From contig CALAEZ010000009.1 in NCBI GenBank assembly GCA_937891125.1, positions 42,607 to 106,606 of the forward strand: a DNA stretch of 64,000 bases, in the 5' to 3' direction. Of the stretch, positions 11,201 to 19,308 are shown one piece after another (the first letter of the stretch is position 1; each line of letters opens with the position of its first letter). Origin of the DNA: an uncultured Treponema sp. (GTDB lineage Bacteria; Spirochaetota; Spirochaetia; Treponematales; Treponemataceae). The notes below the pieces were generated by a model. The model saw nothing but the letters and a program-made list of their open reading frames with translations. It did no database searches and was not told the DNA's origin. The position numbers were made by a program, and so were the translations under genes.

Positions 11201-12476
11201 TGGGCAAATACGCATAGGCGACAATGCACTTGGCGCTTTTAACAAGGCTTATGAGAAGCTTGCTTCGTATGCCAGCAATGACGTAAACATGTTTGGTGAA
11301 GGCATCCAAAAAGAAACAATGGATGATGCTGAACGCGTATTTAAGAATCTGTCTGCGTCCTTGTCAGGAGACCGGTACGGATTGGACAGGGCAATAGATG
11401 AGACTGCTTTTGACGAAGCGCGGAACAACGCAATCAGGCAGCTTGCAAGCGGCCTGAATGACAGGATTGGCCCCGAAGCAGCAATGCATCTTATGGCTGC
11501 CGTTGCATACAACAAGGCATATACTGCTGTACATGGAAGTTCTGGGGAATATGGCAAGTATGATACAGAAAAAGTCCGTAAAAATATGAAAGAGGGGCTT
11601 AAAAAAACGTTTGCCATTGTTGGCAGAGGCGATATTACGGAAGGTAAACTAGAATATCTTTTAGACAATCCAGGAGAAGTTTTGGGCGAGCTCAATCTTG
11701 GCAATAAAAACGCTAAGTTGCTTGATTTAGCTTCTGGCAGTGTGAATGTCGAGTTAATGAAAGATCTTATGGATGTTGATCAGGCCGAGTATTTTAAAAA
11801 GAATGGAAGATATAGCATTGTAGGTAATTTTGGCGAGTTTTTGGCAGGCAATCTGGCTACAGATACAGAGTTTACAAAAGCGTTGTACAGTCGTGCAGGC
11901 AAAAGCGGCGCCGTCCTTTCTTCTGTTGTCGGGCATTTACTTGGTGACTACTCAGCAGGCGATCTCTTTAAAGGCACGTCGCGCAACGCCACCACAAATG
12001 ACGCCATGAAGAAAAACATGGACATAATCCACGCTAATGCCGCCGATGCCATTAAGCGGCTAAAAGAGGTCGCTGACAATAAAAATACGGACAAAGAAAC
12101 CAGGGACCGGATAAATACAATTGCTGTACCTTACCTTGAAAAGGTTATGCGCAGTACGGACGTTGCCTCCTTGAGTGGGACATTGGGAACTACGCTTGCA
12201 CGCCAGGATTTCAGCGGACTTGTTATGGAGCTTGCCAAGCAGGATAAGAATGTGCGCAAGGCGTCTGCAGCATGGGAAAGTGACGACGCTGAAGGAAAGG
12301 ACAAGGGCAAGGAGACCGGCAAGGTAATGTTTGACGCAGCCAAAACGTTTGACGGGTCTGTAGACAGGTTTACGGCGTCTGTGATGGCCATGTATGGAAA
12401 GTCACGGATTAGGGAAGTAGAAAAGTACATGGGCCAAATAAAAGAGAATAGGGAAAAGCAGCAGGCCGAACAATAG
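8214..12476 (+). CDS. tape measure protein
   Basis: 1420 aa, Ala/Gly-rich and helical with an N-terminal hydrophobic stretch; follows the chaperone pair. Confidence 0.75.
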   Translation: MITQSASYDNSTPVMQMAYDPLRVAAYAGQFGNMPAAQYLTPAEYGAYRDTPTANVNITPNMQPGFLTNLATAYGWPFTYNPAVNPMVYRAHAARQASDQMAAFGFSMLDFGAETLLGMGAGALVGGGVAGLAAGVAAPMLLPASLSATAVSDRIREARAVQQRSMAKITSGSELDLATGMGFSSAAASNIDRFIRKQGAGDWLFKEGDFRNILHTGMEIGMFDFAGNTSEQYKRQLKKLRDVLGTAMSVLGSTDFKELLKDLRRLQTLGLSTEQMGRALRREEGYARMAGLSQQELVARYGQPGAVMASQRGFAGYIGSQAMESHAAALSLARQNGVISPSRLAALGGEQGYATAATEATLNAEQNFEMLIAASVSKNRGREFDYKKMVNLLQKADTDKNFNLAREALSSAGGSLDAITMQNLEINSKEFVKHFYDKLGEDNKRKFQRQAFTGIGADILQSFPNATDEDKFIAGYRRITNASAAQAAMTYNVYYNNRDFDNQNKYSSRIELLRRREEERERDRFYNRASVVVRKFINNLSDYAIGGFTHDLLKKTDARAKTAAGGGVSPSVTEQEMETYRKRMYSMYGGTEPSGKDSASIEPMEFDSDFAESIQRQSYDANKYEPLRYDRNNRPLPPTAAGKKAVNSASWTAELNATAMENANEAAHLRGQKDIFSADIIRSVRGAWNPSDAQREEDTWRNGHEDFRVGSAGTFAALEKANVNGFEFTQNDLDKLTNGTIIYSRDIDKAKHRYKNITKSGTVYVDENTGKKRVSYYSDKEKAVITAPLEEYLNTEASGINGKFLAQSLRDAATEDGRRGSAEYREERRKEINAQRAEVRNMLTRQKDADLFAYMTTGKDAAVAKVGDAMNTLATLNGIDQQAERIAAGEEKLDINGSLGIDSGKKLDAVISDSMRSLMKDDGEAGMDKLVTSLVSLANKKDIGGLDKQALLIGIGGGSWWNPGTLLSNKTRFMLTGSDKDMSARAAKAVLTGIRSGQIRIGDNALGAFNKAYEKLASYASNDVNMFGEGIQKETMDDAERVFKNLSASLSGDRYGLDRAIDETAFDEARNNAIRQLASGLNDRIGPEAAMHLMAAVAYNKAYTAVHGSSGEYGKYDTEKVRKNMKEGLKKTFAIVGRGDITEGKLEYLLDNPGEVLGELNLGNKNAKLLDLASGSVNVELMKDLMDVDQAEYFKKNGRYSIVGNFGEFLAGNLATDTEFTKALYSRAGKSGAVLSSVVGHLLGDYSAGDLFKGTSRNATTNDAMKKNMDIIHANAADAIKRLKEVADNKNTDKETRDRINTIAVPYLEKVMRSTDVASLSGTLGTTLARQDFSGLVMELAKQDKNVRKASAAWESDDAEGKDKGKETGKVMFDAAKTFDGSVDRFTASVMAMYGKSRIREVEKYMGQIKENREKQQAEQ

Positions 12477-12515
12477 AATGCCGCGATTATGTACTGGTAG
12501 CCTAAGGAGATATCC

Positions 12516-13094
12516 ATGGCAAACACAGAACGAAAATCCATATTTTCAACAAGATATATAGGCAATACAGATGCCGCACAATTTGAAGCAGAAAACAAGA
12601 TCCCTGCTTACTTGAAGATATCCAATGTTGATGAGCAGTTTTGGGAGCTGTTGATTACTAAGCTTACGGAAACGCATGTTGAACAGTATTCAATGTTGCA
12701 AACACTGTCTAATGGAACATCAATCTTTTCTTCTGGAAGCGCCCCTGTAAGGATAGAGATAGACGGGTACCTTGCTGCTGGCGAGGACATGGACTACCGT
12801 GTACGTTTTTTAAAAAAGTACATAATGGAGTTTAGGGAGAATAGGTTACGGGCTAAAAACCGCATGCTTGAGGTGCATGTTAGGCATACGTATTTTTACC
12901 TCGAAATAAGCAGCATATCCATGGTGGAGTCCGTAGAGCTGCCAGAATATATGGTAGTAGGAATAACAGGCATTGCCCATGAATATAATACTGACGACGG
13001 TGAAAAGATGCTTTATTCTTATTATGAGGGCGAGGAGCCTGCACAGCAAACGCAAAAAGACGTCAAGATATCATCAAAGCCTGCGGATTTATAA
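12516..13094 (+). CDS. putative baseplate/tube initiator protein
   Basis: 192 aa after tape measure; resembles next gene (IFSSGSAPVRIEIDGYL vs SIYFGKRPMELTIEAIL). Confidence 0.5.
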   Translation: MANTERKSIFSTRYIGNTDAAQFEAENKIPAYLKISNVDEQFWELLITKLTETHVEQYSMLQTLSNGTSIFSSGSAPVRIEIDGYLAAGEDMDYRVRFLKKYIMEFRENRLRAKNRMLEVHVRHTYFYLEISSISMVESVELPEYMVVGITGIAHEYNTDDGEKMLYSYYEGEEPAQQTQKDVKISSKPADL

Positions 13095-13096
13095 TC

Positions 13097-13750
13097 ATGT
13101 ATAATCATTCAGAATATAAGCTCAAAGACCAAGCGTTCAAGTACTCTCCAATGTACACGCTGGATTCAACGGACGATTTTTCAGGCGCCGCGTCTTTTTT
13201 ATATAAGGATGGCAAGGCAAGCCTAGACCTGTTCATAACAAGCATAGACTACGTATTGTCAGAAAATTGCCAGATATTTTCGCATTTAGGCGATACATAC
13301 AGTTCTATATATTTTGGAAAGCGTCCCATGGAGCTTACTATAGAAGCAATATTGCCGGATTCCACAGAGAATTTTGGCAAGACAAACCTTGTAAATGCAT
13401 ACAAAAACTATTTTCGGGTAAGTGCTGTGTCACGCCTTAAAGAGGCGCCGACGCTATTGTGCAAGAATTTTAGGTTTACAGGACCATTGTCCAAAATGGT
13501 TATTACAGAGGATAGCACGTCAATCGATACATGCACAGTAATTTTAACTATGCTTGTCCAAAAATTCTCTGCTATCGGAGAGAGCACATTTTTAACCATT
13601 GACTACGAAAAGCACTTGGATTCAGTGATCGTGCCGGGACAGGAAGCGGCTGCGATACAGGCGGCGCAAAACGACGTGCGCATAACGTCCGTAAAAGAAG
13701 CGTCCGCAGGAAAGCTGGCTTTGCATAAAACACCAACAGACATAGAATAA
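13097..13750 (+). CDS. putative baseplate/tube initiator protein (paralogue)
   Basis: 217 aa; similar motif to previous gene; precedes hub. Confidence 0.5.
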   Translation: MYNHSEYKLKDQAFKYSPMYTLDSTDDFSGAASFLYKDGKASLDLFITSIDYVLSENCQIFSHLGDTYSSIYFGKRPMELTIEAILPDSTENFGKTNLVNAYKNYFRVSAVSRLKEAPTLLCKNFRFTGPLSKMVITEDSTSIDTCTVILTMLVQKFSAIGESTFLTIDYEKHLDSVIVPGQEAAAIQAAQNDVRITSVKEASAGKLALHKTPTDIE

Positions 13751-13757
13751 GCAGCCT

Positions 13758-16700
13758 ATGAGCAATGCATATCTTGTAGATACCAGAGTTTATATCGCGG
13801 GCGTCCTTATGCCAGCGCAGAGCATAACGATAGAAAACTATATAAATGATGTGCCGCGCGCTACAATTATGGTTCCTGCAAGTTCCGATCTTATGTACGT
13901 CGGAGAAAACGACAAGGTTCCAGTAACGATTTTCCAGCGCGAAAGCATGGTTGGCTCCTCTAGGTTTATCTTGATGTTTGAGGGGTTTATTGTTGCAAGA
14001 ACCTACATGAACACGGCAATTCAGCGTACCATAACATTCCAGGCGGTTGGAATAATGGACATACTCAGGGACTTTCGCCTTTTGTATGCCCATACGCTGA
14101 GTGACATGGCCAGGCAGACGCATGCTGGCAATCAGGAAAAGGGTGCCTTGTCTTCTGCATCCTACTTTGCCGTGGAGTACTTTTTGCTTAACGGGCTCAA
14201 TCCTGCTGGCGAGTCAATACGCTTTCCCTACCAGTTTTTACAAAACGTGCTGCATTTCATGGGCGATCCAGGCATCAATGAGGGCTCGGTAAGCTCTGAG
14301 CATACGTCAAATATGTCGCTGTATTATCGCAAGATGTTCAAGATATATAATCTTGCGAAGCGGTATTTACGCGTGCCTTTGTACGACGAAAATAGCAGCG
14401 GGTCCACCGTCTGGTCAGGGTATCGTGAAAATGGTTTTCCTCTGCTGCGTGGATTGCAAAATAGCACAGCAGTATCCTTGCTAAGTCCGTTTATTGCTGC
14501 GCAGACGACAGATTCACAAACCGCCTGGGACTTGCTGTCTCTTGTAGCAGATCCCATGGACTTTGAGATTAGCCTGCCTACGTCTCCAGCGTATATAGAT
14601 GGTAACATTGGATCTGTTATACTCAAGCCAAACCTATTCGACTCCATCCCTCCTCGCTGCAACATATTATATAGGTCACAGGTGAGAGAAATTTCACAGC
14701 AAACCATATACAAAGGGACTCCTACACGTGTGCAGGTGCATGACTTGAATAGCCCGGCTAATTGGCTTAAACAGCAGGCTCCAACAGTACAGAGCTATTT
14801 TGAAATGCTGCTGACTATTTTTTATCCGCAGCGCAAAGTGCCTAGTGGACTACTAGACAATGCAACAGCTAATCCCTATGCCACAGCCTTGCTTGATTCA
14901 GAAATGTACACAGGCCCGTGGGTACACGAAGTAAGCACGCCAAAGTGGTGGCTATGGACAAAAGAGCTGCAGAAAAACCAAGAAAATATTAACGAGGCCG
15001 GCGACGACAGGGGTTTTGTAAACATACGGCAGATGTTGCTACACAGGCAGCTTGTGCTGGCAAGGTATTTAAACAGGCAAATGATTGCCCACACGGTGTT
15101 TAATCCATACGTAGCCGCCGGGTATCCTGGGGTTGTGTATGATTCAGAAGACACAAGCCTTAGCTTTGCTGGGTATGTAACTGGAGTTACGCACAACATT
15201 TCGCCAGAAGATGTATCAACGCAGGTAGACTTATCGTTTGTGCGCCCGCTGAATGAAGCTTCTGCAGAGCAAATAGTGCACCCAATAATCCGGCTTCAAA
15301 AGTTGCTGCATGACAAGCAGCTTATGTCTACTGTGTATGCCGGACTGCTTGGTGACAAGGCCGCAATTCCTGCTGCAAGCGTAGCTGTGCAGCCAGCAAC
15401 AGGAAGTGCGCTGAATAGTCTTCCTTCAGCGCAAAATCAGGCATTTTCGCAAGAAGGTAGCGAGGTTGTAAAGCGTGCACGGGCTTTTGCCAAAGGTTCG
15501 TACATGCTATACAGCCAGGAAAAGCGCGGAAAAGTAGAAGGCAGTAATTATTACACGGACTGTTCGCACTTTGTTTCGTTGGTTCTCGGTATAGATCCAC
15601 CGATGGACACGTCCACCATGCCTACAGTCATGCCGTCTATGGGCTACGAGTGGCATGAAGGCTTGGATGGCATTAAGGAGGGGGACGTGTTATTTAAGCC
15701 GCGAGGGTGGATCGATAGCGGTGGGCATACAGAAATATACGTCGGGCCAGGGTCTAAGGGGCACACTGTTACTGTTGGCGCTCATACAAACAAAAACCCA
15801 GATGGGAGCAAGCGCAGAGAAGAAGACCAGGTAAGCGAAAAAGCTTATAGCAATAACTATGTTCTTAAACATTATAAAGGGTATTGGCGCAAAAAGAGCG
15901 ATTCGCAGGAAGATACGCAGGCAAAGCAGGCAGAGCAGGCAAGGGCTGCAGGCGAAACATTTCAAAACCAAGCGGAACAACCGCAGAACTTAACCCCGGA
16001 AGAGGAGGCTAAGCAAACAGAGCAGGCACAGAAGGAAATTGAGGACAAAAAGGCAGGAGCAGCAACACAGGCTGGTGCAGATGCTGTAGATCAGGCTACC
16101 AATGCAAATAAGGAAAATACGTTCAGCGGCGCGGAAGCCATGACGTATCAGGAGATTATCGATTTGTACAGCGGAGGAACTGAGGACACGCAAAACCCGC
16201 AGCTTAGTGTGGAGCGGGCTTACGCATCTCAACGCCGCAATATTTGCACGTTTGACCAGTTTGTAGCTTTTGAGGGGCTCACCAAAGAACTTGGCGTTGT
16301 GGCAGGGCAGGAGTTTGTTCCCCTGTATTTGAACGGCGAGTACATGAGCGACCGTAACAAGGTGCGCATATATAAGCAGACGCGCGTGCAGGAGGCATCA
16401 GAAAATCAAGACTCCATGAATAAAGAACAGTCTTCTGAGAAAGCACAAGACAGCTCTTCGCAAGCGCAGTCTTCTGAACAAAATCAAGGTGCTTCCACAC
16501 AGGGTAACGTTGAGCAGGCTAACGCAGCAGCAGCAGCTGCACAGGCTGGTGACGGCAAGTCTCCAGAAGAAAAGCAGGAGCAGCAGGATTCCCCGCAAAA
16601 AAACAGTGCCGAAGCTGACGACACCATAGGTGCCGTATCAAGGTTTCTCGAGTCCGGCGGTGATAGTTCAGCTGTTGGATATGATCCAGGCGGCGGAACG

Positions 16701-17561
16701 TCGTATGGCATGTATCAAATTTCGTCTACGCTCACTAAATATGGAAAGAGCTCATTTACCGCATTTTTAGACTACTGTGAAAAGACAGGCGGCGATACTG
16801 GACGTGAAATAGCTCAGCGGTTGCGCAAGGCTGGAGGAACTATTAATGGTGGCAACACATACAAAAATACAGGCGATGTTCCTACAGAGTGGAAAAAGAT
16901 TGCCGCAGAAGGAAAATTTGGCAATTTGGAACATACATTCATTGAGCAATCATTATATAAGCCGACGCGTACCATACTGAACAAGCAGGAAAGCAGCGTG
17001 CTGTCTTATGTAGATAGGTATAAAACACTGCAGGACGCGATGTGGTCTACCGCAAACGCACACGGTCCTGGCAACGCAGCTTCCCTCCTCAGGCAGGCAT
17101 ATGCAGAGTGCAAGAGCAGCAATGACATGTCTGAAGAGCATTTTATCGAAGTGTTATACGCACGTCGTTCTGGGTGTTACTCCAATAATTCCGCAGATGT
17201 ACAAAAAGCAATGCCTATAAGATATGCAGAAGAGAGCGCGCTTCTCAAAGATGCGTTAAAGCGAGAGCGTGACACAGGGCAATACAAGCTTGATCCGAGC
17301 ATTGTACCGCGCATGGCAGGGCATGGAAACAAGTTTAGGAATGCCGGAGGATCAGGAAGCAGTGGTTCATGGGAAAGCATGGGTTCGTTTACCGGAGGCG
17401 ACCTTAACCCACTGCGTGATCAGGTAGACAGTAACAAATATACATACACAAAAATATACTCTGGCGACTCAAGATATAAAGTTACAGAGAGCATAAAAGA
17501 CGTGCGTTCCGTTCTGCGCAAAGTATCTGAAGAAGCCTTTTCAAAGCACACATACGCCTAG
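13758..17561 (+). CDS. baseplate hub protein with NlpC/P60 and lysozyme-like domains
   Basis: Hub-like N-terminus; YSQEKR...DCSHFV...GDVLF...GHTEIY (NlpC/P60); ESGG...GGTSYGMYQ...QDAMWSTANAHG (VgrG3-type muramidase-like). Confidence 0.75.
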   Translation: MSNAYLVDTRVYIAGVLMPAQSITIENYINDVPRATIMVPASSDLMYVGENDKVPVTIFQRESMVGSSRFILMFEGFIVARTYMNTAIQRTITFQAVGIMDILRDFRLLYAHTLSDMARQTHAGNQEKGALSSASYFAVEYFLLNGLNPAGESIRFPYQFLQNVLHFMGDPGINEGSVSSEHTSNMSLYYRKMFKIYNLAKRYLRVPLYDENSSGSTVWSGYRENGFPLLRGLQNSTAVSLLSPFIAAQTTDSQTAWDLLSLVADPMDFEISLPTSPAYIDGNIGSVILKPNLFDSIPPRCNILYRSQVREISQQTIYKGTPTRVQVHDLNSPANWLKQQAPTVQSYFEMLLTIFYPQRKVPSGLLDNATANPYATALLDSEMYTGPWVHEVSTPKWWLWTKELQKNQENINEAGDDRGFVNIRQMLLHRQLVLARYLNRQMIAHTVFNPYVAAGYPGVVYDSEDTSLSFAGYVTGVTHNISPEDVSTQVDLSFVRPLNEASAEQIVHPIIRLQKLLHDKQLMSTVYAGLLGDKAAIPAASVAVQPATGSALNSLPSAQNQAFSQEGSEVVKRARAFAKGSYMLYSQEKRGKVEGSNYYTDCSHFVSLVLGIDPPMDTSTMPTVMPSMGYEWHEGLDGIKEGDVLFKPRGWIDSGGHTEIYVGPGSKGHTVTVGAHTNKNPDGSKRREEDQVSEKAYSNNYVLKHYKGYWRKKSDSQEDTQAKQAEQARAAGETFQNQAEQPQNLTPEEEAKQTEQAQKEIEDKKAGAATQAGADAVDQATNANKENTFSGAEAMTYQEIIDLYSGGTEDTQNPQLSVERAYASQRRNICTFDQFVAFEGLTKELGVVAGQEFVPLYLNGEYMSDRNKVRIYKQTRVQEASENQDSMNKEQSSEKAQDSSSQAQSSEQNQGASTQGNVEQANAAAAAAQAGDGKSPEEKQEQQDSPQKNSAEADDTIGAVSRFLESGGDSSAVGYDPGGGTSYGMYQISSTLTKYGKSSFTAFLDYCEKTGGDTGREIAQRLRKAGGTINGGNTYKNTGDVPTEWKKIAAEGKFGNLEHTFIEQSLYKPTRTILNKQESSVLSYVDRYKTLQDAMWSTANAHGPGNAASLLRQAYAECKSSNDMSEEHFIEVLYARRSGCYSNNSADVQKAMPIRYAEESALLKDALKRERDTGQYKLDPSIVPRMAGHGNKFRNAGGSGSSGSWESMGSFTGGDLNPLRDQVDSNKYTYTKIYSGDSRYKVTESIKDVRSVLRKVSEEAFSKHTYA

Positions 17562-17580
17562 CAGTGTACTTGTATGCAGC

Positions 17581-17617
17581 CTAAAGAGAGGTCACTAAAT
17601 GGCCTCTCTTTAGTTTT
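17581..17617 (+). terminator. intrinsic terminator
   Basis: CTAAAGAGAGG...CCTCTCTTTAG stem followed by TTTT. Confidence 0.7.
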
Positions 17618-17722
17618 AAATACGTTACATTGCACTTATAAAGCATGGTGGGCACAAGTTTCCATGCGCGTGTGAAGCGTGCTGTTTCTGTTTTCAAATG
17701 CCGCAAGAGGCAATCTTTAGGC

Positions 17723-18454
17723 ATGGTAAATTCTTTTGTAAATTCATCGTTCAAGCTTGATGACTTGGCCTTGTGGGAGCAGTACCGCAAAACCAGGAGC
17801 CTTCAGCTGCGCGACGAGCTGCTCAAGCGTTTTGATGGGCTCATACAAAGCCAGGTCAACAAATGGTCGGGGCCTGTTCCGCGCCAGGTGCTTGTTACAG
17901 AAGCAAAGATACTGGCAATCAAGGCTTTTGACACGTACAAGCCCAACATGGGCACGGCGCTTGCCACGCACGTTGTAAACGGATTGCAGCCTTTGTCGCG
18001 CATCGTGTATACGCATCAGAACACCATGCGCATACCTGAAAACACGGCGTTAAAAATACAGACGTACAATACTGCTGTGGAAAATTTGAAGGCTACGTAT
18101 GGCAGGCAGCCAACCACGGATGAGCTGCACAGCGAGCTGGGGTGGTCATCAAAAGAAATTTCTAAGCTGCGCGATTACAACAAGAAGAACCTGATTGAGT
18201 CCGGTCCTGATGTGTCAGGTGATTTTTTTGATGACGACACAGATGAATCCGACATTATTTTGGCCGGCATTTACGCAGAGCTTCTGCCGGAGGAAAAGAC
18301 GCTGTTTGAGCATATAACTGGGTACAACAACAGGCCGGTCCTCAGCAACAGGCAGATCATGGACGCAATGCACATGACGCAGGCGCAGCTGTCCTACAAA
18401 AAGACGCTCCTTACAAAAAAGATAAAGCAGATACAGCGCAAGTACGGGATGTAG
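17723..18454 (+). CDS. phage sigma-70-family factor (FliA/WhiG-like)
   Basis: LWEQYRKTRSLQLRDELL, AFDTYKPNMG.ALATHV, MRIPE, GRQPTTDELHSELGW and a C-terminal HTH. Confidence 0.8.
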   Translation: MVNSFVNSSFKLDDLALWEQYRKTRSLQLRDELLKRFDGLIQSQVNKWSGPVPRQVLVTEAKILAIKAFDTYKPNMGTALATHVVNGLQPLSRIVYTHQNTMRIPENTALKIQTYNTAVENLKATYGRQPTTDELHSELGWSSKEISKLRDYNKKNLIESGPDVSGDFFDDDTDESDIILAGIYAELLPEEKTLFEHITGYNNRPVLSNRQIMDAMHMTQAQLSYKKTLLTKKIKQIQRKYGM

Positions 18455-18456
18455 CC

Positions 18457-18852
18457 ATGGCAGAACAGGTTTGCAGGGACCCAATGTGGTTAGCAGATAT
18501 ATTGACGCAGGAAGATACCGTGACACGCGCAACTACGCCTACTACGGATACTGTTGATGCGTCTTTGGCCGCTGACGATGACGGGCACGAGTATGCGAAT
18601 AAACTCTTTGCTTCAAAAGATGGGCTTACTCCCGCAAAGTGCATGGCGTACACAGAGCTGTATGATACAAACCAGGCTGTAGCGCGCATTATGAAAATAT
18701 ATAACATGGATCGTGCCTGGTACTATGAGCAGGCGGTAAAAGACAATGATATTAACCGTGCACGGCTTAAGCATAAGCAGACGCACGTTAATGCCTTGAT
18801 TGCCGCTGGCACTGTAGACGACCAAAGCAGCGAGCTTGCAGGTGATGCATAA
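18457..18852 (+). CDS. hypothetical protein
   Basis: 131 aa, tightly packed between neighbours. Confidence 0.6.
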   Translation: MAEQVCRDPMWLADILTQEDTVTRATTPTTDTVDASLAADDDGHEYANKLFASKDGLTPAKCMAYTELYDTNQAVARIMKIYNMDRAWYYEQAVKDNDINRARLKHKQTHVNALIAAGTVDDQSSELAGDA

Positions 18853-19298
18853 TGGCCATGGATATGACGTTGTTTAAGCTGGATGGCAATGTACAGATAA
18901 GCGATGGCATTGCCAGGCGCATGGTAGCACTCACTGAAGTAGATGCAGAAACAACCAGGGAACGCTTGAGAATTATTTGCAGTAAGGTGCTGAAATATTT
19001 AATGACAGCAAAAGGGAGCGATGCTTTTGATGCAAGTTATGGCGGGAATGCCCTGCATGCAAGAAACGTTAGCGAGCTTATGCTGCCCCAGATACGCCTA
19101 AGCCTGCTCAATGACATAGCCGACTGCACGGAGTACATAAAGGAATCAGAGCGTAATAAGGTGCGCAGTACAATGGAGTGCCTTGACAAAATAACGCTCG
19201 TTTCCCTTGATTACGACAAGAAAAAAGATCCTACAGCGCTGCGTGTAAGGCTGCACATAACAACAACTTACGGCAACAGCGCTGTAATAGAAGCATAG
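18852..19298 (+). CDS. baseplate wedge protein (gp25-like)
   Basis: 148 aa; KYLMTAKGSDAFDASYGG resembles the gp25 motif; precedes baseplate J. Confidence 0.7.
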   Translation: MAMDMTLFKLDGNVQISDGIARRMVALTEVDAETTRERLRIICSKVLKYLMTAKGSDAFDASYGGNALHARNVSELMLPQIRLSLLNDIADCTEYIKESERNKVRSTMECLDKITLVSLDYDKKKDPTALRVRLHITTTYGNSAVIEA

Positions 19299-19308
19299 GT
19301 GTCTGATA

